64,000 bases of DNA from an uncultured Gemmatimonadales bacterium (GTDB lineage: Bacteria; Gemmatimonadota; Gemmatimonadetes; Gemmatimonadales; GWC2-71-9), in contig CAWHFW010000005.1 in assembly GCA_963828735.1 (NCBI GenBank), positions 1,440,001-1,504,000 of the forward strand. The letters are read 5' to 3'. A program made the translations under genes and the position numbers. The notes under the pieces are model-generated. The model was not told where the DNA came from, did not search any database, and was given only the letters and a program-made list of their open reading frames with translations. How positions within the stretch are numbered: position 1 is the stretch's first letter; every line of letters begins with the position of its first letter. This document shows, piece by piece, positions 29,877-39,088 of the stretch.

Positions 29877-30370
29877 GCGGCACGCTCACCCTGACCTCCC
29901 TCCGAAACCTCACCGCGGCCGACCGCGGCCGCATCGAGGGAATCAGCCGTGCGGTGGAGCTCTTCCGCGAGGACGAGATTCCTGTCGCCCTCGAAGTCTT
30001 CGACGGCGCCGTCGCCGGCTCGCCCGACTACATCGCCCTCGGCGCCGAGCACGACGGCGCGCTCGCCGGCTGGATCTGCTGGGGCCCCACTCCCTGTACC
30101 GTTGGCACTTACGATCTCTACTGGATGGCGGTGGATCCCGCGCTGCACGGCGCCGGGATCGGCACCGCCCTCCTCACAGCCATGGAGCGCCGTCTGGACG
30201 GGATCGCCCGACTCATCGTCGTGGAGACCGCAGGCCGGCCCGAGTACGCCGGCACACGCGCGTTCTACGAGGCGCGCGGATACCGAGCGGTGTCCCGGAT
30301 TCCCGATTTCTACGCCCCGGGCGACGATCAGGTGGTGTACGTGAAGGCCCCGGCGGCAGCACGGCGGTGA
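29873..30370 (+). CDS. GNAT family N-acetyltransferase
   Basis: GTGA overlap; YDLYWMAVDPALHGAGIGTALL (motif A), TRAFYEARGY, DFYAPGDD. Confidence 0.88.
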   Translation: MSGTLTLTSLRNLTAADRGRIEGISRAVELFREDEIPVALEVFDGAVAGSPDYIALGAEHDGALAGWICWGPTPCTVGTYDLYWMAVDPALHGAGIGTALLTAMERRLDGIARLIVVETAGRPEYAGTRAFYEARGYRAVSRIPDFYAPGDDQVVYVKAPAAARR

Positions 30371-30406
30371 CGGTCCGCGATCTCCGCAAGGAGGATGGGT
30401 AGCGAT

Positions 30407-31522
30407 ATGGAAACGTGGCAAGAAGTCCTGAAGAGCAACTCGATCCGGTCGCTCGACCTGCTCGCGGCCAAGTTCGGTCCCGAGCATTTCCCCGATCTCG
30501 ATCGCCTGCGCCTAGCAGCCGAGAACTTCGAGTTCCGTATCTCGCCGGCCATGGTGGATCTCATCAAGTCGCCGGACGACCCGATCTGGCGCCAGTACAT
30601 CCCCACGGTCGAGGAGCTGGACATCAGGGACGGCATCGTGGACTCGCTCAACGAGGACGCGGACAGTCCGGTGCCGAACATCACCCATCGCTACCCCGAC
30701 CGGGCACTCTTCCTCGTTTCCCCGGTGTGCGCGAGCTATTGTCGCTTCTGCACCCGCCGGCGCAAGGTGGGTGACCCCGAGAAGATCCCGATGTCGCAGT
30801 TCGAGAGCGCCTTCCAGTACCTCGAGCAGCACACGGAGATCCGTGACGTCATCATGAGCGGCGGCGATCCACTGCTCCTCAACGACCGACGTCTCGAGGC
30901 CATCCTGACCCGGCTCCGGGCCATTCCGCACCTCCAGATCATCCGGATCGGGAGCCGGGTACCCTGCCATCTGCCGGAGCGGATCACGCCCGAGCTCACG
31001 ACGATGCTCAAGCGCTTTCATCCGCTGTTCATCAACACGCACTTCAACCATCCGGACGAGCTCACCCCGGCCGCGGTCGCGGGCCTGGGCCGCCTGGCCG
31101 ACGCGGGCATTCCGCTCGGGTGCCAGACGGTGCTGCTCAAGGGCGTGAATGACGATCCGGCGGTCATGAAGGAGCTGATGCAGCGGCTGCTCATGGCGCG
31201 GGTCCGGCCGTACTACATCTACATGGCCGATCAGGTGGCCGGCGCCGAGCATTTCCGGACCACCGTACAGACGGGTATCCGGATCATGGAGGCGCTCCGC
31301 GGCTGGACCAGCGGCCTCGCCAACCCGCATTTCGTCATCGACGCCCCGGGCGGCGGCGGCAAGATTCCGTTGCTCCCGGAGTATGTGATCAGCATGAGTG
31401 ACGAGGAGGTCGTGCTCCGGAACTTCCGGGGACAGCAGTATGTCTACCGCCAGCCCCGCGAAACGGGCGTGATCGAGCTCAAGAAGCCGAGGAAGCGCGC
31501 CGCGAAGCGTAGGTCGGCGTAG
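30407..31522 (+). CDS. kamA: KamA family radical SAM enzyme (lysine 2,3-aminomutase type)
   Basis: THRYPDR, CASYCRFCTR (CxxxCxxC), SGGDPL, THFNHP, QTVLLKGVND, YMAD, VIDAPGGGGKIP (PLP Lys). Confidence 0.9.
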   Translation: METWQEVLKSNSIRSLDLLAAKFGPEHFPDLDRLRLAAENFEFRISPAMVDLIKSPDDPIWRQYIPTVEELDIRDGIVDSLNEDADSPVPNITHRYPDRALFLVSPVCASYCRFCTRRRKVGDPEKIPMSQFESAFQYLEQHTEIRDVIMSGGDPLLLNDRRLEAILTRLRAIPHLQIIRIGSRVPCHLPERITPELTTMLKRFHPLFINTHFNHPDELTPAAVAGLGRLADAGIPLGCQTVLLKGVNDDPAVMKELMQRLLMARVRPYYIYMADQVAGAEHFRTTVQTGIRIMEALRGWTSGLANPHFVIDAPGGGGKIPLLPEYVISMSDEEVVLRNFRGQQYVYRQPRETGVIELKKPRKRAAKRRSA

Positions 31523-31653
31523 GTAAATCGACGCGACGGCGAGGGCGGTCGGCGAAACAGCCGGCCGCCCTCGTCATTGGTGGCACGCTCCACCCTACCG
31601 ACCACCCTCCGCCGGTCTCATATTGGGAAACCCTCCCACCACCCGGATCGCAG

Positions 31654-33468
31654 ATGCCGTTCGAGTCGCGGCCGACCGCCCATCCGCAGCCGAAGGTCCA
31701 TGGCATTGCCCTCATGCTCGCCGCGGCGCTCGCCTGCGGCGGTGGGGACCGCCACGGCGGGAACTTCGTCAACATGTACGACAACGCGTTCAATGCCGCG
31801 GTCGTGCGGGTGCCGGTCGGCGTCCGGGTGAAGTGGATCAACGTGGGGAAGAACGTGCACAACGCCGTCGCGGCCGATGGCTCCTGGTCGACCGCCGGGA
31901 AGAACGGCCCCGACATGGCCCCTGGCGCCGAGCAGGACGTGATCTTCGCCAAGCCTGGTGTCTATCGCTACTACTGCAGCTACCACGGCACCCGCGACGG
32001 AAAGGGCATGGCAGGCGTGGTCGTCGTCGGGGACGTCGCGTACAGCCCGGGGCCGCGCGGCGCGCAGAAAGCGGTGGCCGATGCCACCGGCGCCGTGCGG
32101 CGGGTGCCCCGCGAGTATCCCACGATCCAGGCCGCCGTCGATGCCGCCGCGCCTGGCGATCTCGTCCTCGTGGACCGCGGCGTGTACCACGAGGAAGTCA
32201 CCGTCACGACGCCCTCCCTCACCATTCGGGGAGTGGACCGGAACGAGACCATCGTCGACGGCGAGTTCGTCCGCGGCAACGGCGTCGCGGTATTGGCCGA
32301 CGGCGTGGCCGTCGAGAACATGACGGCGCGGAACGCCGTGCTCAACGGCTTCTACTGGACCGGGGTCACGGGGTTTCGCGGGAGCTGGCTCACCGCTTAC
32401 AACAACGGCGACTACGGGATCTACGCGTTCGATGCGCGGGACGGGCTGTTCGAGCACTCCTACGCCTCCGGCTCGCCGGACTCCGGGTTCTATATCGGGG
32501 AATGCTACCCCTGCCACATCGTCATTCGGGACGTCATCGCAGAGCACAACGCCATCGGCTACTCGGGCACGAACTCCGGCGGTGAGCTGTACGTCGTCAG
32601 CTCCGTCTGGCGCAACAACCGGTCGGGGCTCGTGCCCGCCTCGCTCGATCTGGAGCTGAACCCGCCCCAGCGCGAGACCGTCATTGCCGCGAACCTGATC
32701 GTGGGCAACAGCAACCCCAGCGCGCCGGCGGCGGCGTTGCCGTCAATCGCGTATGGGAACGGCGTGCTGATCGGTGGCGGCGTCGGTAACGTGGTCGAGC
32801 GCAACGTCATTGCGGACCATGAGCAGCACGGCGTCCTCATCACGCCCATGTACGATCGGAACTGGTGGCCCGCGCGCGACAACGTGGTCCGCGAAAACCG
32901 CATCGTTCGCTCCGGCCGGGCCGATCTGGCCCTGGGCGGCCCCGCGAGCTTCGGGAACTGCTTTGCCGGTAACCGGTACAAGGTCGCGGCGCCGGCGGGA
33001 CTCGAGCTGTTCCATGGCTGCGCCGGGCTGCGGCTGCCGCTCGGCTTCGATCCGCTGCCGCTCGTCTCGGTGGTGGGTTACCGCGGGTTTACCGTGGGCC
33101 ACCGCACGTTTCCGGACTGGCGGACTCAGCCGGTGCCGGAGCCGCAGGCAGTTATGCCCAACGCTGTCACCGCCCCGGCGCGACCCGCGGTCCGGGTGTT
33201 CGAGACCCTCGGCTTCGACTTGGCTCGGGCCCAGCTTCCCGCCGGCGCCGAGGCCGTTCTCACCCAAACGCCGGTGACCGTCCGGCCGATGGCGTCACCC
33301 GGTTCCATGGGTCGTGTGCTCGCCAGCGCCACGTTCTGGCTGATTCCCTTGCTGGCGCTCGCGTGGCTCACCCGCGGCCGGCGGCGTCCGATCCGGTTCG
33401 CGTTGGGCGCGCTCGCACTGTATGCCCTTCTGCTCGCCGTCACGTCGGTGATCTATGGACGCTTCTGA
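31654..33468 (+). CDS. Cupredoxin + right-handed parallel beta-helix protein with C-terminal TM anchor
   Basis: Lipobox-like ALAC; type-1 Cu motif HNAV...YYCSYH..GM; YPTIQAAVDAAAPGD beta-helix start; two C-terminal TM helices; start uncertain. Confidence 0.82.
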   Translation: MPFESRPTAHPQPKVHGIALMLAAALACGGGDRHGGNFVNMYDNAFNAAVVRVPVGVRVKWINVGKNVHNAVAADGSWSTAGKNGPDMAPGAEQDVIFAKPGVYRYYCSYHGTRDGKGMAGVVVVGDVAYSPGPRGAQKAVADATGAVRRVPREYPTIQAAVDAAAPGDLVLVDRGVYHEEVTVTTPSLTIRGVDRNETIVDGEFVRGNGVAVLADGVAVENMTARNAVLNGFYWTGVTGFRGSWLTAYNNGDYGIYAFDARDGLFEHSYASGSPDSGFYIGECYPCHIVIRDVIAEHNAIGYSGTNSGGELYVVSSVWRNNRSGLVPASLDLELNPPQRETVIAANLIVGNSNPSAPAAALPSIAYGNGVLIGGGVGNVVERNVIADHEQHGVLITPMYDRNWWPARDNVVRENRIVRSGRADLALGGPASFGNCFAGNRYKVAAPAGLELFHGCAGLRLPLGFDPLPLVSVVGYRGFTVGHRTFPDWRTQPVPEPQAVMPNAVTAPARPAVRVFETLGFDLARAQLPAGAEAVLTQTPVTVRPMASPGSMGRVLASATFWLIPLLALAWLTRGRRRPIRFALGALALYALLLAVTSVIYGRF

Positions 33469-34448
33469 TGCCTGATCTCTCGCGGCGAGACCTGCTGCGG
33501 GTGGGCGCGGGCTTCGCCGCCGGTGCCTTGAGTGCCGCGGTGTACGGGCTGCGGCACCGCGAGCCGCACGCGAATACGGCCTTTGCGGTCCCCCCGATCC
33601 AAAGCTACGGCCACGGAGTAGAGCCGCCGCCGGAGCTCGGTGCGGCAGCCCTGGACCTCTCGCTCAGGCCACCTGCGCCCCGGGAGGGAAGAGGCAGCAC
33701 GACGGTTTCGGCGGACCTCTGGGTATCCGAGCAGCCGGTGCCCGTGGCGCGCGACGTACGGTTCGCCGGATGGACCTTCAACGGAGGCATTCCAGGGCCG
33801 ATCCTCCGGGCCCGCGAAGGCGACGAGATCGCCATCCGGCTGCGGAATCTCGGCAGTCGTCCACATAACCTGCATCTTCACGGGCGGCACGATGTGAGAC
33901 AGGACGGTTGGCAACCGGTCCCGCCGGGCGGCGAGGCCCTGTACCGCATGCGAGCGGAGCCGTTCGGCCTCCATCCGTACCACTGCGATGCCTCGCCGGC
34001 CGCGGAGCATATCTCGCACGGACTCTACGGGATCTTCATCGTCGATCCGCCCCGGGGCCGCACGCCGGCTCACGAGGTGGTGCTCGTATTGTCGGGGTTC
34101 GACCTGGATGGAGACGGCCGGAACGAGCTCTACGGCTGGAACGGAGTGGCGGGGTTCTTCGAGCGGTTTCCGATCAAGGTGCCTGCGGGTGCCCTCGTCC
34201 GGGTGTACCTGATGAACATGGTGGCCGACGACCCGGTGGCGTCCTTCCACCTCCACGCCGAGACCTTCGATGTCTTCCGCAGTGGCACGCGTCTGGCGCC
34301 CGACGAGCGAACTGATGTCGTCACGCTGGCGCAGACCGAGCGGGCCATTCTCGAGTTCCGACTGCCGCGTCGCGGCCGATACATGTTCCACCCACACCAG
34401 CGCCACATGGCCGAACGCGGCGCGATGGGATGGTTCGCCGCGGTGTAG
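33468..34448 (+). CDS. Tat-exported two-domain multicopper oxidase-like protein
   Basis: TGATG overlap; SRRDLL Tat motif; FNGGIPGP.LRA.EGD, HNLHLHG, YHCD...H...GLYG, FHLHA, YMFHPH. Confidence 0.85.
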   Translation: MPDLSRRDLLRVGAGFAAGALSAAVYGLRHREPHANTAFAVPPIQSYGHGVEPPPELGAAALDLSLRPPAPREGRGSTTVSADLWVSEQPVPVARDVRFAGWTFNGGIPGPILRAREGDEIAIRLRNLGSRPHNLHLHGRHDVRQDGWQPVPPGGEALYRMRAEPFGLHPYHCDASPAAEHISHGLYGIFIVDPPRGRTPAHEVVLVLSGFDLDGDGRNELYGWNGVAGFFERFPIKVPAGALVRVYLMNMVADDPVASFHLHAETFDVFRSGTRLAPDERTDVVTLAQTERAILEFRLPRRGRYMFHPHQRHMAERGAMGWFAAV

Positions 34449-34450
34449 GT

Positions 34451-36070
34451 CTACCTGTCCGCCCTCCACCGCCTGAGCCCGCTCGCCCAGCTGTACGGAT
34501 CGATATCCACGTCGTCCACCCGCCGAGACACGACGGCGACGTTCGCCGGCGCATAGAGAAAAATCGCCGGCGCGTCCGCGTTGAGCGTGTCCATCGCTCT
34601 CCGATAGAGCACGCGTGCCGAATCCACCGCCTGCGCCCGCGTGGCCCGCTCGAAGAGTGTGTCGAATGCGGGATCGGCATAGTGCCCGTAGTTGAGCGCA
34701 CCCCCTCGCGTCCATTGGTCGGCAAGTCCTCGGGGGCTGGGCTCGTCGAGCCACGCGCCGATGTAACTGTCGAACTGGCCTTTCCCCAGCCGCTCCTGGA
34801 AGACAGGGAAGTCCACCGCCGTCACCGTCACGGCAGCGCCGACCGCCTGCCACATCGCCTGCAGCGCCACGGCGATCTGTTTCCGCGTGGGGCTCGTGCC
34901 CGGCACGAGGATGTCGAACGCCAGGGCGCGATCGTCCCGCCGTCTCGTGCCTGCGGTATCCGCGCGTCGCCATCCCGCTGCATCCAGCGCGCGACCGGCC
35001 TGCGCGGTGTCGAATGGGAGCGTCCGGATGTCGTCGTCCCAGATCCACAGAAGCTGCGACATCGGTCCCGGTGGCGCCTTGGCGTCGTGCCCAAACGCGG
35101 AGCGCGCCAGGGTCTCGCGGTCCACCGCGAGCGCGAGCGCCCGCCGGGTCGCGACGTCGCCGAGCACCGGATGCGGGGCGGCTCCTTCGCCGCTCCGAAT
35201 GCGAAAGCCCAGGAATCCGTAGGTGGCGGATGCGTAGGGCACGAGTCGCAGGGTGGGATCCGCCGCCGCCCGCTGGGCGTTCTGCGGGCTGCCCGCCGTC
35301 TCGAGCACGTCCGCCTCGTGGCTCAGCACCAGGTTGAGCGCGGCGTCCGGATCCTGCACGAAGCGCCACACCACTTCGCGAATCGGCGGACGCGCGCCCA
35401 TCGCGCTGTCCGCGACCAGACGTACGTATTCGGCGCGCCTCCATTCGGCGATGCGGTACGGCCCGCTCCCCACCAGGTGGGCGATGGTCGTGTCGGCCGA
35501 CCAACGGTCCCGTGGCACCTGGGACCAGATGTGGCTCGGCAGCACACGGACATGGTACGTCGCGTCGAACAGCTCCTCGGCAGACGGCTGTGCGAACCGC
35601 ACGAGGATCGTCGTCGAATCCTCGACCGTCACGGTGAGCCTGTCCTCGAGGTACGGCCGCGCGGGCGCGTCCAGCGCGGAGTCGGCGAACGCCTCGAATG
35701 AGAACCGCACGTCCTCCGCGGTCACCGGCCGGCCATCCTGCCATCGGGCCGCCGGTCTCAGGTGAAACCGCCACGTGACCGAGTCCACGTGCTCCCACCG
35801 CGCAGCGAGGGCTGGCCGATAGGCCGAGGTGTCGATGGGTGCGGCTCCCGGCGCGAGATCAGCCAGCCGCTCGTAGACCTGATCTCCGATGTCCCGCGCC
35901 ACGGTCTCCACCGCGAGCGGCGGCAGCAGGTGGCTGGGATCACCGGTCGCGGCGATGACCAGCCGGCCGCAGCGAGCACAGTCGGCGGTTTCGGAGCGAC
36001 AGGCGAGGGCGAGGACGGCCAGGGCCACGACGGCGACGGCTCGGACCCATCGCACCGGAAGCGAATGCAC
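34451..36070 (-). CDS. Peptide/nickel ABC transporter substrate-binding lipoprotein (SBP family 5)
   Basis: Lipobox ALAC; PALA..W, WRFHLR..WQDGRPVTAEDVRFSF, VGSGPY, RRALALAVDR. Confidence 0.88.
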   Translation of the reverse strand: MHSLPVRWVRAVAVVALAVLALACRSETADCARCGRLVIAATGDPSHLLPPLAVETVARDIGDQVYERLADLAPGAAPIDTSAYRPALAARWEHVDSVTWRFHLRPAARWQDGRPVTAEDVRFSFEAFADSALDAPARPYLEDRLTVTVEDSTTILVRFAQPSAEELFDATYHVRVLPSHIWSQVPRDRWSADTTIAHLVGSGPYRIAEWRRAEYVRLVADSAMGARPPIREVVWRFVQDPDAALNLVLSHEADVLETAGSPQNAQRAAADPTLRLVPYASATYGFLGFRIRSGEGAAPHPVLGDVATRRALALAVDRETLARSAFGHDAKAPPGPMSQLLWIWDDDIRTLPFDTAQAGRALDAAGWRRADTAGTRRRDDRALAFDILVPGTSPTRKQIAVALQAMWQAVGAAVTVTAVDFPVFQERLGKGQFDSYIGAWLDEPSPRGLADQWTRGGALNYGHYADPAFDTLFERATRAQAVDSARVLYRRAMDTLNADAPAIFLYAPANVAVVSRRVDDVDIDPYSWASGLRRWRADR

Positions 36071-36113
36071 GCGTACCTCGTGAATAAATGAAGGAGGATG
36101 ACCGACGAGCCAC

Positions 36114-36130
36114 TGCATCGTCACGATACA
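36114..36130. promoter_or_regulatory. Candidate enhancer (UAS) for sigma54 activator
   Basis: TGCATCG-TCA-CGATACA 17-bp near-palindrome about 100 bp upstream of the -24 box. Confidence 0.45.
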
Positions 36131-36225
36131 TCCATGGAATACAGCAATGCAGCCGCGCGACTTCCCGATGGACGGTACGACAGTGTATGTTGTTGTGCGA
36201 TAATTCCTTGCGAGCACATGGCCGG

Positions 36226-36241
36226 TCGGCACGTCCGTTGC
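36226..36241 (+). promoter_or_regulatory. sigma54 -24/-12 promoter
   Basis: TCGGCACGTCCGTTGC = GGCAC-N5-TTGC, adjacent to a bEBP gene. Confidence 0.72.
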
Positions 36242-36285
36242 CTTCAGGGGGGCCGCCATCAGCCCCCAACTTTCTGGAGACATCC

Positions 36286-37080
36286 ATGCGCCGTCCAGTC
36301 CTTACTTCTGTCGCTTTCGCCGTGGCCGCGCTCGCTGCCTGCAGCGAAGGTGGAAGCCCGTCCTCCGACCCGCAGGTGAACTTCAACGTCGCGACTCGCC
36401 CGGCTTCGGCGGCTGCAATGTCGTCTCTCGCCATGGCCACCGCGGGTACGCCCGAGACCTTCACCGACGGCAGTAACACGCTGATCGTCGAGCAGGTTCA
36501 GATGGTGCTCCGCGAAATCGAGCTCAAACGGGTCGAGACTGCGAGCGGCTGCGACGACTCGGATGCTTGCGAGAAGCTCGAGGTTGGCCCGCTCCTGTTG
36601 GATCTGCCGCTCGGCGCTGGCGGCGCCGCGCACAGCTTCAGTGTCGACGTGCCCGCGGGCAGCTACGACGAGGTCGAATTCGAGGTCCACAAGCCTTCCA
36701 ACGATGACGCCTCCGACGCGGCGTTCCTCCAGGCGCATCCAGAGTTTGCAGGCGTCAGCGTCAAGGTCGCCGGCACCTACAACGGACAGCCGTTCACCTA
36801 CGTGACCGACCTCGATGCCGAAGAAGAGATCGAGCTCAACCCGCCGCTGGTGACCGCCGAGTCCACCGCGACGGACCTGACGCTGCTGGTGGACCTGGAC
36901 CGCTGGTTCCGTGACGGCGCGAACCACCTCGTGGACCCCGCGACCGCCGGCGCCGGGAACGTTAACGACAACCTGGTGCGAGACAACATCCGCGGCACGC
37001 TGCGCGCCTTCGAGGATGAGGACCACGATGGGACCGACGACCATCACGGCGGAGCCGACGACGGCCCCTTGCATGACTGA
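36286..37080 (+). CDS. Lipoprotein (DUF4382-like) with Asp/His-rich C-terminus
   Basis: GGAG SD; lipobox LAAC; VLREIELKR, GPLLLDLPL, VPAGSYDEVEFEVHK. Confidence 0.75.
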   Translation: MRRPVLTSVAFAVAALAACSEGGSPSSDPQVNFNVATRPASAAAMSSLAMATAGTPETFTDGSNTLIVEQVQMVLREIELKRVETASGCDDSDACEKLEVGPLLLDLPLGAGGAAHSFSVDVPAGSYDEVEFEVHKPSNDDASDAAFLQAHPEFAGVSVKVAGTYNGQPFTYVTDLDAEEEIELNPPLVTAESTATDLTLLVDLDRWFRDGANHLVDPATAGAGNVNDNLVRDNIRGTLRAFEDEDHDGTDDHHGGADDGPLHD

Positions 37081-37095
37081 TCCCGCGGACCCGGC

Positions 37096-38436
37096 GTGAG
37101 CGAGCATCCCTGGCTCATCGCCATGGTCGAGCTCTCGGACAGCTTCGGCGCCAGCCTCGCGCAGCTGGCCCGGGAGCTTCGCGCGGGGGTCGTGATGTGG
37201 CGCCCCGACGAGGACGTGACCCCGCCGGCCGGTGCGGCGGTGCTGCTGCTGCTGGCGGGCGGTGAGGAGAGCGCCGCCATCGATCTGCTGACCGAGCTCC
37301 CGTCCCGGGGAGCGCCGGTCTACGTGGTGGGTGCGGCGGCCGATCACCGCCTCGCTGCGGCCGCCGTTCAACGCGGCGCACGGGACTACTTCGCCCTGCC
37401 GGATGACCTCGACGTCCTGCGCCGCTCGCTCGAGCGCGAGGCGCGCGAGGCACACGGGCGGGCTGAAGCCGGTCGGTTCGCGGAGGCCGAGCGGAGCGCC
37501 ATCGGGTTCGAGGCCATTCTCGGCCGGAGCGCGGCCCTGCGCCAGACGCTGGACCAGGCGGCACGGGTCGCGTCGCACCGGGATGTGACCGTGCTCATCG
37601 GGGGAGAGACCGGGACGGGAAAGGAGCTCCTGGCTCGGGCCATCCACTACGGCGGGCCACGCGCAGCGCACCCGTTCGTCGAGATCAACTGCGCGGCCAT
37701 CCCGGCCAACCTGCTCGAGAGCGAGCTGTTCGGCCACGAGCGCGGCGCGTTCACCGGCGCGATCGCCGCCAAGCCCGGCCTCTTCGAGCTCGCGCACGGG
37801 GGCACCCTGCTGCTGGACGAGATCGGCGCGCTGCCACTCGAGCTCCAGCCCAAGCTGCTCCGTGCGCTCGAGTCTCGGGCGATACGGCGCGTGGGCGGGC
37901 AGCAGGGGCGGCAGGTGGATGTCCGGGTGATCGGCGCCACCCATCTCGATCTCGCGGCCGCCGCCTTGCGAGGCGAGTTCCGCGAGGATCTGTTCTACCG
38001 CCTCAACGTCGTGGCCCTGACGCTGCCGCCCCTGCGAGAGCGGGATGGGGACATCGAGCTCCTGGCCGAGACGTTCCTTGCGCGCATCGCGAACGGGTAC
38101 GGCCTTCCGGTGCCCCCGCTCACGCCTGACCTGCGGACCGCGCTGCGGGCCTATGCGTGGCCGGGAAACGTGCGCGAGCTCAGGAACGCGGTGGAGCGGG
38201 CGCTGGTCCTTTCGCCCCGGGGCACCGTGCGCGCGGAGGAACTCATCCCCCCGCCGGCGCGGGTGAGCGCGCGCGGCGGCTCGACGCTGCCATTCCCGGC
38301 CACGATCGACGTCCTGGTTCGCGCCGCCGCGCGAGCGATGCTTGAGCTCGTCGGCGGCAACAAGAGCGAGGCTGCACGGCGGCTCGGCATCTCGCGACCG
38401 CGGCTGCAGCGGCTGCTCGACGGAGAGCCGGACTGA
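37096..38436 (+). CDS. sigma54-dependent enhancer-binding protein (Fis-type HTH) with degenerate receiver
   Basis: GETGTGKE, ESELFGHERGAFTGA, LLDEIG, FREDLFYRLNV, WPGNVREL, GNKSEAARRLGISR. Confidence 0.93.
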   Translation: MSEHPWLIAMVELSDSFGASLAQLARELRAGVVMWRPDEDVTPPAGAAVLLLLAGGEESAAIDLLTELPSRGAPVYVVGAAADHRLAAAAVQRGARDYFALPDDLDVLRRSLEREAREAHGRAEAGRFAEAERSAIGFEAILGRSAALRQTLDQAARVASHRDVTVLIGGETGTGKELLARAIHYGGPRAAHPFVEINCAAIPANLLESELFGHERGAFTGAIAAKPGLFELAHGGTLLLDEIGALPLELQPKLLRALESRAIRRVGGQQGRQVDVRVIGATHLDLAAAALRGEFREDLFYRLNVVALTLPPLRERDGDIELLAETFLARIANGYGLPVPPLTPDLRTALRAYAWPGNVRELRNAVERALVLSPRGTVRAEELIPPPARVSARGGSTLPFPATIDVLVRAAARAMLELVGGNKSEAARRLGISRPRLQRLLDGEPD

Positions 38437-38463
38437 AGCGCCGGCCACACCCTGGAGACTGAC

Positions 38464-39081
38464 ATGCGTTCCGTTCGCGTCCTGCGTTCCTTCATAGCCG
38501 CCGCCCTCGCCGGCCTGGCCGTCTCGTGCTCCGACTCGGCGGGCCCCGACGCCAGCAAGCCGCCGGAGGAATTGAACGTCGTCCACGTGGCGCCGTCCAG
38601 CACGGCGCTGTTCAACGCCGCCGACAGCTTCTACGCCAAGCGCGGAGAGGATCGAGAGGTCCGGATCTACTTCCAGGACGGGAGCGGCGGACAGGGCGAG
38701 GAGTACCTCCGCCTGCGCGTGGACGCGAACTCACTCTCGGCCCTGCCCGACGGCACCCCGATCGCCGAGGGCGACTCGGTTCTCATTCACGTGCGCGTGG
38801 TGGATCCGGCCGAGATGCTGTTCGAGCTCCAGCCGTCGGGGCTGACCTTCAGCTCTGGTGCGCCGGCGCGGCTCAAGATCCACTATGACCACGCGGACGG
38901 CGACCTCAACGATGACGGTGTCGCCAACGGCGACGACGACGCCATCGAGAGCACGCTCTCGATCTGGCGGCAGGAGAACCCGGGCGACCCGTTCGTGCGC
39001 CTCACATCGGTGCTCACGGTCGAGACCGACGAGGCGGATGCCGACCTGACCGGCTTCAGCCGCTACGCGCTGGCCTACTGA
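38464..39081 (+). CDS. Hypothetical lipoprotein
   Basis: GGAG SD; lipobox AVSC; DGDLNDDGVANGDD Ca-loop-like motif; ends GFSRYALAY. Confidence 0.75.
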   Translation: MRSVRVLRSFIAAALAGLAVSCSDSAGPDASKPPEELNVVHVAPSSTALFNAADSFYAKRGEDREVRIYFQDGSGGQGEEYLRLRVDANSLSALPDGTPIAEGDSVLIHVRVVDPAEMLFELQPSGLTFSSGAPARLKIHYDHADGDLNDDGVANGDDDAIESTLSIWRQENPGDPFVRLTSVLTVETDEADADLTGFSRYALAY

Positions 39082-39088
39082 CTCGCCG

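Noticed and set aside
30407..31522. EpmB (EF-P beta-lysylation) assignment
   Set aside because: No efp/epmA in the neighbourhood, and the DAPGGGGK motif is KamA-like.
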